A stretch of DNA of 49,727 nucleotides, from positions 1-49,727 of IMG/VR virus record IMGVR_UViG_3300007734_000715, one strand, 5' to 3'. Positions within the stretch are counted from its first letter, which is position 1, and each line of letters begins with the position of its first letter. The stretch is from a virus (taxonomy: Duplodnaviria; Caudoviricetes). A model generated the notes under the pieces. That model saw only the letters and a list, made by a program, of their open reading frames with translations. It was not told where the DNA came from and made no database searches. Of the stretch, positions 36,968 to 44,676 are shown one piece after another. The position numbers and the translations under genes were made by a program.

Positions 36968-38740
36968 TTATTTAGAGGTTACGAATTTGTGATATTGCCC
37001 GCGCAATTGTTCACGCGGCTCAGCCGAATTTAGCGTTTCTTGTGCCGGTCTGTGCGTCATCTGACCCCATAAGATTGTCAGCTCTGTCTTTTCATCAAAA
37101 GTCAGCGCGCCTTTTTTGTTCCTTTCTAAGAGTTCTGCAAAACGACTTTCGGGTTCTGTTGTGTGCAGAACTTCTTCCTTAAATACTGCCAAAGGAACGC
37201 CATCAAAACACAACGCCAACGCGTCTGCTCGGTCAGGCGAACTCAGGCCACGAGAGCGCATCTCTGCTTTAGGCTCTAAATATGTAACAATTCCCTTAAC
37301 CGAAAAGCCGCGCGTGCAAAGTTGTTGGCGAGTGAGATCGTCGTTGACTGTAGGAAAGGCACGATCTTCAATAGCACGCTTAAGACGATTCCAGTTCTCA
37401 ACGCCTCTGTTTTTGTAGAAATTCGGGTTGCTTGATCGGGCTTCATTTCGTACCGGCACGACATCATAACCAGCGTTTTGCACGCGCTGCACGATGGGTC
37501 GCCCCAGACCGCCATCGTCAATGCGTACTTCAGAGGGCGTAATGTTGAACTCTTTAATCCAACTGATGATCTGATTATGGAGAATTGCCTCGTTGCGAAT
37601 CTTTGTTGTTCGAAGGTGGAGTTTTCCATGGACAAAGAAGTACGCCACAGTTTCGTCGCCGCCGAGCGATAGGTCGATGCCCGCTCGATTGGGCAATCCA
37701 AACGTACGAGGTGGATTATTTGGGTAGTTCTCAAAAAGGGTTGATGGAATGAATGCAGCCTCGTCGAGTGAGGTAAACTCAGCCAACACTTGGCTTCGAT
37801 AAATAAGGGATTGTTCACCGTGTTCGTCTTTGAGGTGTTCGATGTGTTTGCCGAGAAGATGAGGACAGTCGAATGCGGTAACGCGACGCCAGTAGAATTC
37901 GCCAATGTGGAGTTTGTCCGGGAATGTATACTTCGCGCGGGTGCAGCGTTTGAAAAAGTGGCCGCTATTCTTTCCGGGCGAGGAGATTTCGAGCCAGTAG
38001 TTATAACCTGTGAAGCGCGAGAAGGCTTGGAACATTTCGTCCGTGATCGACTTTGCCTCGTTGATGATGACAGCCATCTCGGCGCCGGGCTCGTCGAATG
38101 GGTGACGACCTTCGGCTTTGCCGGGGTCATCTGTGACAAAGCATTTGATCTCAGAGCCTGTGTCGTTGCAAGTGATCAAGAACTCAACGATCTCAAAGAC
38201 CTTGCGGCCATACGAGACATTGATCTCTTCACAGATGTTCTTTATGTACTTATACGTCTGATCTTTAAGCTGCTCGTACGAAGATGACGTAATGACGCAT
38301 CGAGAACGGACTTTGGAAAGGCAAAACCAGACAGCGAAGGCGCTAATAACGACCTGATCTTTTCCGCTTCCGTTGGCCGCGACAAGATTGTAGTATAGCG
38401 GCGTCTTGTCGGTTGGTCGAGTTTTAGGCAGATCGAGATCATTGATGTCGGTGTATCCTGCGAGTTGAAACAAGGTTTCTGCTTGCCACTTATAGAGCTT
38501 TAAGTCGGGCCTGTGCGCGAGGAGCAAATCCGCTGGGGTGTCAATCTGATGCGCGATGTAGCGCTTGTTGGCTGTGGGCGTTTGCTCTACAACAACAGCT
38601 TCAGGCGCCTTAGGCGGAGTCTCAACGGCTTTCTTCTTAGCCTCCTTAGCGCGAGCTTTCTCGGCAGCTTTCTCCGCTTCTAGCGCTTTGCGGGCTTGAA
38701 CGAGCTTGAGTGTGTCGGACGAGATTGGGGATTTGATCAT
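36968..38740 (-). CDS. terL: Terminase large subunit
   Basis: ANGSGKD Walker A, IINEA Walker B variant, ISSP, GIDLSLGGDETV, IDDGGLG, SPDRADALAL nuclease motifs. Confidence 0.9.
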   Translation of the reverse strand: MIKSPISSDTLKLVQARKALEAEKAAEKARAKEAKKKAVETPPKAPEAVVVEQTPTANKRYIAHQIDTPADLLLAHRPDLKLYKWQAETLFQLAGYTDINDLDLPKTRPTDKTPLYYNLVAANGSGKDQVVISAFAVWFCLSKVRSRCVITSSSYEQLKDQTYKYIKNICEEINVSYGRKVFEIVEFLITCNDTGSEIKCFVTDDPGKAEGRHPFDEPGAEMAVIINEAKSITDEMFQAFSRFTGYNYWLEISSPGKNSGHFFKRCTRAKYTFPDKLHIGEFYWRRVTAFDCPHLLGKHIEHLKDEHGEQSLIYRSQVLAEFTSLDEAAFIPSTLFENYPNNPPRTFGLPNRAGIDLSLGGDETVAYFFVHGKLHLRTTKIRNEAILHNQIISWIKEFNITPSEVRIDDGGLGRPIVQRVQNAGYDVVPVRNEARSSNPNFYKNRGVENWNRLKRAIEDRAFPTVNDDLTRQQLCTRGFSVKGIVTYLEPKAEMRSRGLSSPDRADALALCFDGVPLAVFKEEVLHTTEPESRFAELLERNKKGALTFDEKTELTILWGQMTHRPAQETLNSAEPREQLRGQYHKFVTSK

Positions 38741-39279
38741 AACTTAAAGGGCCGGGGTTTGGGCGCCGCAGGCTGTGATTGAGTTGGGGATTCGTGATCG
38801 GTTGGGGATTGAGTAGGAGCTTGTTCAATAGGAGCTTCAGAAACGACGATCTCTTTTGCGGTGAGACTTTGACCGCCTAACGCGGCCCGGGCGCGCATGG
38901 CTGCTGAGGCGTAGGCTTCGTTTATTTTCAGCAACAACTCGCCCGAGCCGACGTTAAGATCAAGATGTCGCTTATGATATCCGCGCTTGGCGCCGTGGGC
39001 ATACTTAGCCGCGTTCAGGCGGGCATAAACGCCACTTTCCTCATTACGGGCTATGTCCTTGATGATGCCCATCATCTCTTTGGCCTCGGCTTCGGAGACA
39101 TCATCTGTGATGTCTTCTTCCTTGAGGGCTTCTTTTCTAAGAACGGACGAACCGCCAACGCTCTCAAGAGCCAAACGAACGACAGCCGTGTCGATCTCCA
39201 ACGCGGCCGAGACTTCCTCTACGCTCATCCCGGCCCGGCGCAGACCGAGGATTTGGTTTCTCATCATTAGATCGCTCAT
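38737..39279 (-). CDS. Probable terminase small subunit (start reassigned to ATG 39279)
   Basis: N-terminal HTH (GMSVEEVSAALEID), upstream of TerL; the longer annotated N-terminus overlaps the promoter. Confidence 0.6.
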   Translation of the reverse strand: MSDLMMRNQILGLRRAGMSVEEVSAALEIDTAVVRLALESVGGSSVLRKEALKEEDITDDVSEAEAKEMMGIIKDIARNEESGVYARLNAAKYAHGAKRGYHKRHLDLNVGSGELLLKINEAYASAAMRARAALGGQSLTAKEIVVSEAPIEQAPTQSPTDHESPTQSQPAAPKPRPFKL

Positions 39280-39292
39280 ATAAAGCGACCAA

Positions 39293-39308
39293 AGCATAGA
39301 AAGGACCA
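39293..39308 (-). promoter_or_regulatory. Sigma-54-type promoter at the head of the late arm
   Basis: TGGTCCTTTCTATGCT = GG-N10-GC; -12 C is 15 nt from ATG 39279. Confidence 0.55.
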
Positions 39309-39411
39309 AGAAAACAATACACATTTTAGGGTTAAAAAATTGATAAAATCTGTTTGCATGCATGTTCGGACATTCGCAAAAAAGTTCGGGTCTTTTGTGG
39401 CGGGGATCTGT

Positions 39412-39560
39412 AGTGCGTTATCGTTAGCGTTAGTGTTAAACAGTAACGTTAGTGATAAATAGTGTGATAACGTTAGTGTTAAACAGTAAAGTTAGTGTTA
39501 GATAACGTTATTAAACAGTAAAGTTAGTGTTTTGATAGTGTTAAATCCTTGTGTTAAACA
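39412..39560. repeat. Degenerate tandem repeats (GTTAGTG / TTAAACAGTAA)
   Basis: Multiple copies, e.g. gttagtgttaaacagtaa at about 39429 and 39472; AT-rich non-coding region. Confidence 0.8.
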
Positions 39561-39726
39561 ATAAAATATGCTTATTTGACTTTTAGTAAATTGGGCTTGT
39601 GGTTGTTTTAATGCAAATAACGTATTTTTGGAAGGTAGGAAGGTAAAATATGATAAATACAATAATAAAAAATAAACGACCTAAGCCAAAAGTCGAATAA
39701 GCATATTTTATTGTACAACAAAGATT
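39544..39726. repeat. About 40-bp imperfect inverted repeat (27-bp core with 1 mismatch)
   Basis: acaataaaatatgcttatttgactttt (39558-39584) vs aaaagtcgaataagcatattttattgt (39688-39714). Confidence 0.85.
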
Positions 39727-39945
39727 CCTAAATAAGAGCCTTATTCATAAATAAGTCCTTAAGTATGGGTTTACCTAACGTCGTTAACGATAAAGTGATC
39801 AAAAAGAGCCATTTTTTGGCGTTTTTTGACCACTTAGGCTTTTTTTGTTCATAAATAGGCTTTTTTTGAGCGTAGTGGGCAAAAAGTGGTGAGTCACGGA
39901 GTGGGACGTTAGCGTTAAAGTGTGCCGTTTTGACTCGTTTTTCGT

Positions 39946-39961
39946 TGGCATAGGGGTTGCT
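39946..39961 (+). promoter_or_regulatory. Canonical-type sigma-54 promoter at the head of the early arm
   Basis: TGGCATAGGGGTTGCT matches TGGCA-N6-TTGCW; GTG 39973 is 13 nt after the -12 C. Confidence 0.75.
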
Positions 39962-39972
39962 TTAGTGGCGTC

Positions 39973-40167
39973 GTGAACGCGAAAAGCCGTTTGAGAGAAT
40001 CCCTTACCAAAGCCGCCAAAGCCGGGATTCTGTCCCCTTTAGAAGCTAGTGCTATCTTTGCTTGTGTTGAAAGTATCAATACAACCATAACAGCAAAGCC
40101 CAATTCCGATTTTATTGCCGTTTATGGCACTATTACTCGTGACACTATTAAAAGTCTTTTAGAGTAA
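39973..40167 (+). CDS. First early hypothetical protein
   Basis: 64 aa, GTG at the predicted transcription start. Confidence 0.5.
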   Translation: MNAKSRLRESLTKAAKAGILSPLEASAIFACVESINTTITAKPNSDFIAVYGTITRDTIKSLLE

Positions 40168-40204
40168 TTTTCTTTTTGTCAGTAAATAATAAATAAATAA
40201 AATC

Positions 40205-40558
40205 ATGAGCAACGAAACCAAAAACGAAACTAAGCCTGAAAATATTAGCGCAACGATTCGGAATCTCCGTGTGATCTCCACGGGAAGCGCGAAGAGTCAC
40301 TTTGACTCTGCCGTGTCCCTCTTGGAATTGATCGGGGAAAACGAGTCTGCCCTTTATTGGCAAGGCGAGCGCAACCGTGTCTTGTCTGCCTTTGGCTCTG
40401 TCAGAACTAAGTCTGCCGAAGGGGACGCAACCGCCCGTGGTGTAGACTTTGGCTCGGCATCGTTGGCTAAGGTGCTGAAACACCTTAGCACGCCCAAGCG
40501 CGAAGCGGCCCTGTTATCTGCTGCATGGGCAATGGCGCACGCTGTCGCTTTGAAGTAA
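40205..40558 (+). CDS. Early hypothetical protein
   Basis: 117 aa, A-rich leader, followed by a long hairpin. Confidence 0.75.
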   Translation: MSNETKNETKPENISATIRNLRVISTGSAKSHFDSAVSLLELIGENESALYWQGERNRVLSAFGSVRTKSAEGDATARGVDFGSASLAKVLKHLSTPKREAALLSAAWAMAHAVALK

Positions 40559-40561
40559 GCG

Positions 40562-40617
40562 ACAGAAACGGAGCCTATTGTAATACAATAGCGTATTGTA
40601 ATAGGCTCAATTCTGTT
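40562..40617 (+). terminator. Long hairpin (terminator or processing site)
   Basis: acagaa..gagcctattgtaatac / gtattgtaataggctc..ttctgt. Confidence 0.55.
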
Positions 40618-41143
40618 TCTTGCCTCTTTTAACATATCGTCGCCAGTCTAGGTAAGTGTGTGTTTTGTGTGTGTTTGCTCTTTGGGCTTCTCACTCTTTA
40701 ACATAACACAAGCCTAGCGTAGTGGAAACTAACTTGGCGCAATGGTGTTTTAGTGTGACTCTTTTCGTTAGAGTCGCCAACGCTAAAACTACCGATCCGG
40801 CCCTTTGAAGGCATACGCAGAAAGTGTTTTCACTTCCGGCCCTTTAATTTCAAACAAAACCGGCCCGCTTCCCTCTATCGCCTTTCCTAGGTTATTCGAC
40901 GTGAGCCGTTACGTCACGAACCAAAGCGACAAGCAAGCTCTTGTGTGATATTGTCTAGGCACGACACTAGACACACAAGCGTCCCGTTGGGATTGATAAT
41001 TGCAACCCCGTTTCACCAACGGAGCGCGATGAAATTGCCCAACGATGACGCATAATGTCGGGACACAAGTCTCTCCTGTCAGTCTTCTCTTTTCTCTGTC
41101 TTCTCTTCTCTGCCCGTTTTCCCGTCTCTTGTGTCTCGACATT

Positions 41144-41371
41144 ATGCGTTCAAATCCGACAGCCGCTTGGGATAAATCTGTCCAAGCACAAACTCATTAC
41201 CTCTCAGCACAAGCCGCGCAGCGGCTTGCCGTGATCGCGTTGCGCCATGTCTCAAAGAGACAAGCCAAGCACGACAAGCAATCTTGTCACAAAGCACGCG
41301 CTTGGCGTTGCAAGGGAACTTTTGCCGTTAGTAGTAAACAAGTTAAACTCTCAAAGATTGATTGGATCTAA
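41144..41371 (+). CDS. Early hypothetical protein
   Basis: ATG 41144 MRSNPTAAW... Confidence 0.55.
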   Translation: MRSNPTAAWDKSVQAQTHYLSAQAAQRLAVIALRHVSKRQAKHDKQSCHKARAWRCKGTFAVSSKQVKLSKIDWI

Positions 41372-41375
41372 AGTT

Positions 41376-41498
41376 ATGAACAATAAACACAAACGACTCC
41401 TTCGAGGTGAAAAGCAAGATATCTTGCTTGCTTGGATTCTCGTGCCTGTATTAATTGCTGCATTGCACTATTTCGTTAAGGCAATCTTCCTACCATAA
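41376..41498 (+). CDS. Small single-TM early protein (40 aa)
   Basis: MNNKHKRLLRGEKQDILLAWILVPVLIAALHYFVKAIFLP. Confidence 0.55.
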   Translation: MNNKHKRLLRGEKQDILLAWILVPVLIAALHYFVKAIFLP

Positions 41499-41502
41499 AC
41501 AT

Positions 41503-41721
41503 ATGAGCAAGTCACAAGCTGTAAAGCTCGCCAAGTCGCAACTCGCAGACGGCTGGCCTGTCGCAGATATCAAAGCATACTTCGCTATGCTTGAAGGCCC
41601 ATTCTTTGCGAATTGGGTTTCCCGTCAGTTGTATTGCGCTTATTGTGATGCACCGGCGCAAGTCGACCACAAGCTGTGCATTGACTGTCAACAAGAGCTT
41701 GTTGTAGAGCAAGCTGATTAA
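41503..41721 (+). CDS. Small Zn-finger early protein
   Basis: CAYC...CIDC. Confidence 0.65.
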   Translation: MSKSQAVKLAKSQLADGWPVADIKAYFAMLEGPFFANWVSRQLYCAYCDAPAQVDHKLCIDCQQELVVEQAD

Positions 41722-41759
41722 CAAAACCCAACGTGCGAAGCACGTTGCCTTGATTGAGT

Positions 41760-41793
41760 AGCCCGTGATTAACACTCACGGGCTTTTTCTTTT
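41760..41793 (+). terminator. Intrinsic terminator
   Basis: agcccgtga/tcacgggct followed by tttttctttt. Confidence 0.75.
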
Positions 41794-41937
41794 ATGCATA
41801 AAGAACCAAATAAACAAACCGAGCCACAAGACACAAATCCCACTTTAGAGGATCTCCGCGCGGAGCTTGGTTTATACGACGATGAACCTTGTGACGAGAC
41901 AAGCGGCTGGGACTTAGGTAAGGAAGAACTCTTTTAA
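41794..41937 (+). CDS. Small acidic early protein (47 aa)
   Basis: MHKEPN...LEDLRAELGLYDDEPCDETSGWDLGKEELF. Confidence 0.5.
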   Translation: MHKEPNKQTEPQDTNPTLEDLRAELGLYDDEPCDETSGWDLGKEELF

Positions 41938-41941
41938 CACC

Positions 41942-42202
41942 ATGACCAATAGATGTCTCCGTTGCTTACAAATCATTGACACAGAGCGCAAAGCTCTTGG
42001 CTTTGACAGATGCATCAAATGCGCGCCTCAATGGACCTACAAAGGCGCATTGAACTTTGGTCACAAGACCGGCGGCTCAGTGCAGCCAATGCATCCTGAC
42101 GCATTCAAGGTGCATAAGCGCGTGACACACCGCTCCGCCAAAGGTACAAACGGCAAAAGTTTTCAAACCGGAACCTGTGTTATCAACATCAAAGATGCTT
42201 AA
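41942..42202 (+). CDS. Zn-finger protein (TraR/DksA C4-like pattern)
   Basis: CLRC...I..ER.ALG...CIKC. Confidence 0.6.
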   Translation: MTNRCLRCLQIIDTERKALGFDRCIKCAPQWTYKGALNFGHKTGGSVQPMHPDAFKVHKRVTHRSAKGTNGKSFQTGTCVINIKDA

Positions 42203-42205
42203 GAT

Positions 42206-42376
42206 ATGATCGTCATAATCCCAAGCCTCGACGGCACATTTCACTATTGCCTTGTGCCGGTGTGTATAAGTAAAAACATACACGACTACGTTAATCATGT
42301 CAAATATTCAAGCATCCTGCTTCTCGACTTCCACCTCTCCGCAGAGGAGATCGGTCAGATTCTCGGCGGTAACTAA
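42206..42376 (+). CDS. Small hypothetical protein (56 aa)
   Basis: MIVIIPSLDGTFHYC...; translated manually. Confidence 0.45.
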   Translation: MIVIIPSLDGTFHYCLVPVCISKNIHDYVNHVKYSSILLLDFHLSAEEIGQILGGN

Positions 42377-42391
42377 TTCTCCATAAAGCAC

Positions 42392-42417
42392 AAGCCCTTT
42401 ACGGAGGGCTTCTCTTT
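42392..42417 (+). terminator. Intrinsic terminator
   Basis: aagccct-ttacgg-agggctt followed by ctcttt. Confidence 0.6.
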
Positions 42418-42446
42418 GTGGAGCTTTTTTACACCAAGATAAAACT

Positions 42447-42462
42447 TGGCATTCAAGAAGCT
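42447..42462 (+). promoter_or_regulatory. Sigma-54-type promoter (AAGC variant)
   Basis: aaaacTTGGCATTCAAGAAGCTc; shares AAAACTTGGCA-N4-AGAAGCTC with 43331-43353. Confidence 0.75.
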
Positions 42463-42566
42463 CTATCGCTTTGCCGCCCGTTGACGGCGTGCGAAATGTA
42501 AGTGGTCGCGCGACCTCAAACATCCCAAACTCAAGTCAACAAGTTAGAAATAAAAACATAAACATC

Positions 42567-43211
42567 ATGAGCACTAAGAACCTCGAACTCGTCGCCTCCT
42601 TTGCTGGTAGCGTGTTTCAATCTGACAGCGACGGCAATCCTCTGTTCGTCACGAGCGAGCGTCACGTCCGTAAGACTGCGAAGAGCGCAGAGCGCACTGT
42701 CTCCTTCCAGAAGCCCGTTCTGGCTGTGAGCGATCTGCAATACTACATCAAGCGCGGCGAAGCTCTCGCTGAGATTGCCACCGAGCACGTCACGAAGGTC
42801 AAGAATGAAGATGGCTCTGTGACCGAGACCAAGCGCGTGTCGAATGCCTTGAGCGATCTCGTTGCGGAGCACCTGCTGGACATCAGCGAAGACGCGTCTG
42901 AAGCCTATCTCTCGAAGGGCAACACTCCGGACTACTTCGCCGCGTTCATCTACGGTGTCAGCGCCGATCGTGAGACTGAGAAGTCTGTCCTCAAGAAGAT
43001 CGAGAGCATTCGCTCCGAGATCGGCTCGATCGTGTTCGCTCTGGCTGGCGAGTGGACCGAAGACACTGCTCGCTCGCTGGGCGTGAGCGACAAGGACGCT
43101 GCGATCGCCAAGCAGAGCAACCTCATCGCCTCGCTGGCTCAGCTTCTCGCCAAGGCCAACGAGCTCAGCGCCGCGAAGGCCAAGCGCGAAGCCAAGAAGG
43201 CGAAGGTCTAA
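42567..43211 (+). CDS. Probably highly expressed hypothetical protein (214 aa; start ATG 42567)
   Basis: Strong codon bias, own promoter and terminator, Lys/Ala-rich C-terminus. Confidence 0.8.
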   Translation: MSTKNLELVASFAGSVFQSDSDGNPLFVTSERHVRKTAKSAERTVSFQKPVLAVSDLQYYIKRGEALAEIATEHVTKVKNEDGSVTETKRVSNALSDLVAEHLLDISEDASEAYLSKGNTPDYFAAFIYGVSADRETEKSVLKKIESIRSEIGSIVFALAGEWTEDTARSLGVSDKDAAIAKQSNLIASLAQLLAKANELSAAKAKREAKKAKV

Positions 43212-43256
43212 TAGTTTTACTTCCTCACGAAGTAATCTGCAATACAACTAAATCAC

Positions 43257-43296
43257 AAAGCCTCTGTGGGAGCAATCTCACAGAGGCTTTTTCTTT
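43257..43296 (+). terminator. Intrinsic terminator
   Basis: aaagcctctgtg/cacagaggcttt followed by ttcttt. Confidence 0.8.
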
Positions 43297-43336
43297 GAGG
43301 TGTTCCACATTTTGGCACCGAACAGATGCCAAAACT

Positions 43337-43352
43337 TGGCACACTAGAAGCT
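43337..43352 (+). promoter_or_regulatory. Sigma-54-type promoter driving the phage rpoN itself
   Basis: TGGCACACTAGAAGCT = TGGCAC + GG-N10-GC, 35 nt upstream of the rpoN ATG. Confidence 0.8.
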
Positions 43353-43386
43353 CCTTTGCATAGGCTAACAACCACCACTAGCCAAC

Positions 43387-44676
43387 ATGAAGTTTTCTCT
43401 TTCAATAAATCAGACGCAAAGTCTGATTCTCTCGCCGCAGTTGCAGCAAAGTCTTGCCTTACTACAGGCTCCTCTCTGTGAACTCCATAACCTGATGGAG
43501 TCTTTCACGCAGGATAATCCTTGCGTTGAACTCCTTGACAGAGACACGCCAGAAGAAGAAATCCTCTTTCGCAACGACAAAGCAGAACTTCCACAAGACA
43601 TGCAGTGGACTAGTTCTTACAGCCTGCCCGCCCGAGAGGAATATCCTCTTGAGAATAACCCGTCAAGAGATGAGACACTGGAAGAATATCTTCTGAGAGA
43701 ATTGGTAATAGCCCAACATGACACAAGCATCATCCATCTGCTCGACGAGCGGGGATTCTACACGGGCGAACTTGATGCACTAAGCACACCACAGCGTGAC
43801 GCCTTGCGCTTCATAAGAACTCTCGAACCCAAAGGACTAGGCGCTTTGGGATTAGCAGACTGCTTGTGCTTGCAGCTAGATGAGAACTCACTAGCCTACA
43901 AGATCCTCCAACAAGACGAAGACCTCTTTACTCGAAGACAAATCCCTCTACTAAGCAAAAAATACAACGAAACCTTCACAACCATAGAGAATCTCTACAA
44001 GACACTAAGCAAACTAAACTACAATCCCGCTTCAGAGTTTTCTTCTTCAACGCACACACCCAAAGACGCAGAGATCTTTCTTGACAAAGATCTCAACATC
44101 ACGATCCCGTCCGAGCGTCTTCCGATCTACAAGATCAATCAGACTTATCTCAACTATCTCGATAAGCTCTCCGCGGCGGATAGGGAATACATTCGAGATC
44201 GCGTGAAGCAAGGTAAGTTTCTGATTCGTTCAATCACTCAGCGCCAATCAACGCTCTTCAGTGTCACGAAGGCCATTGTAGATTATCAAACAGACTTCTT
44301 CCGCAGCGGTAATATCAAAGATCTCAAGCCTCTCATCATGGCACAGATCGCCACCGTGTGCGAGATCCATGAGACCACCGTGTCAAGGGCAGTGCATAAC
44401 AAGTACATCAGCACGCCTCATGGGACTTATGAGTTAAGATTTTTCTTCACCTCAGCCATCATCAACCACAATGAAAACACTATGCAGTCAAACCTCTCAA
44501 TAAAGAATCAGATCGCAGAGATCATCTCACGCGAGGATAAATCTCGCCCTCTAAGCGACGAAGACATTGTTGTCCTCTTAAAGAACACAATCGCTCGCCG
44601 CACAATCGCAAAATACAGAGCCGAACTAGGCATTCAACCCTCGCATCTCCGTAAAGTCTATGCTTCCTCAAAATGA
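43387..44676 (+). CDS. rpoN: RNA polymerase sigma-54 factor
   Basis: Region I Q.Q.L.LSPQLQQSL.LLQ...EL; LDERGF; EP.G.GA..L..CL.LQ; LKPL....IA....HETTVSRA..NKY..TP.G; PLSDE; RpoN box ARRTIAKYR. Confidence 0.96.
   Translation: MKFSLSINQTQSLILSPQLQQSLALLQAPLCELHNLMESFTQDNPCVELLDRDTPEEEILFRNDKAELPQDMQWTSSYSLPAREEYPLENNPSRDETLEEYLLRELVIAQHDTSIIHLLDERGFYTGELDALSTPQRDALRFIRTLEPKGLGALGLADCLCLQLDENSLAYKILQQDEDLFTRRQIPLLSKKYNETFTTIENLYKTLSKLNYNPASEFSSSTHTPKDAEIFLDKDLNITIPSERLPIYKINQTYLNYLDKLSAADREYIRDRVKQGKFLIRSITQRQSTLFSVTKAIVDYQTDFFRSGNIKDLKPLIMAQIATVCEIHETTVSRAVHNKYISTPHGTYELRFFFTSAIINHNENTMQSNLSIKNQIAEIISREDKSRPLSDEDIVVLLKNTIARRTIAKYRAELGIQPSHLRKVYASSK

Noticed and set aside
39280-39363. Hydrophobic N-terminal extension of the terS-like ORF
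   Set aside because: Overlaps the predicted promoter; ATG 39279 fits better
39412-39560. Repeats as a CRISPR array
   Set aside because: Short degenerate units without constant repeat length or unique spacers
40989-41004. GG-N10-GC (GGGATTGATAATTGCA) as a promoter
   Set aside because: Poor -24 context and lies inside a hairpin; compatible with chance
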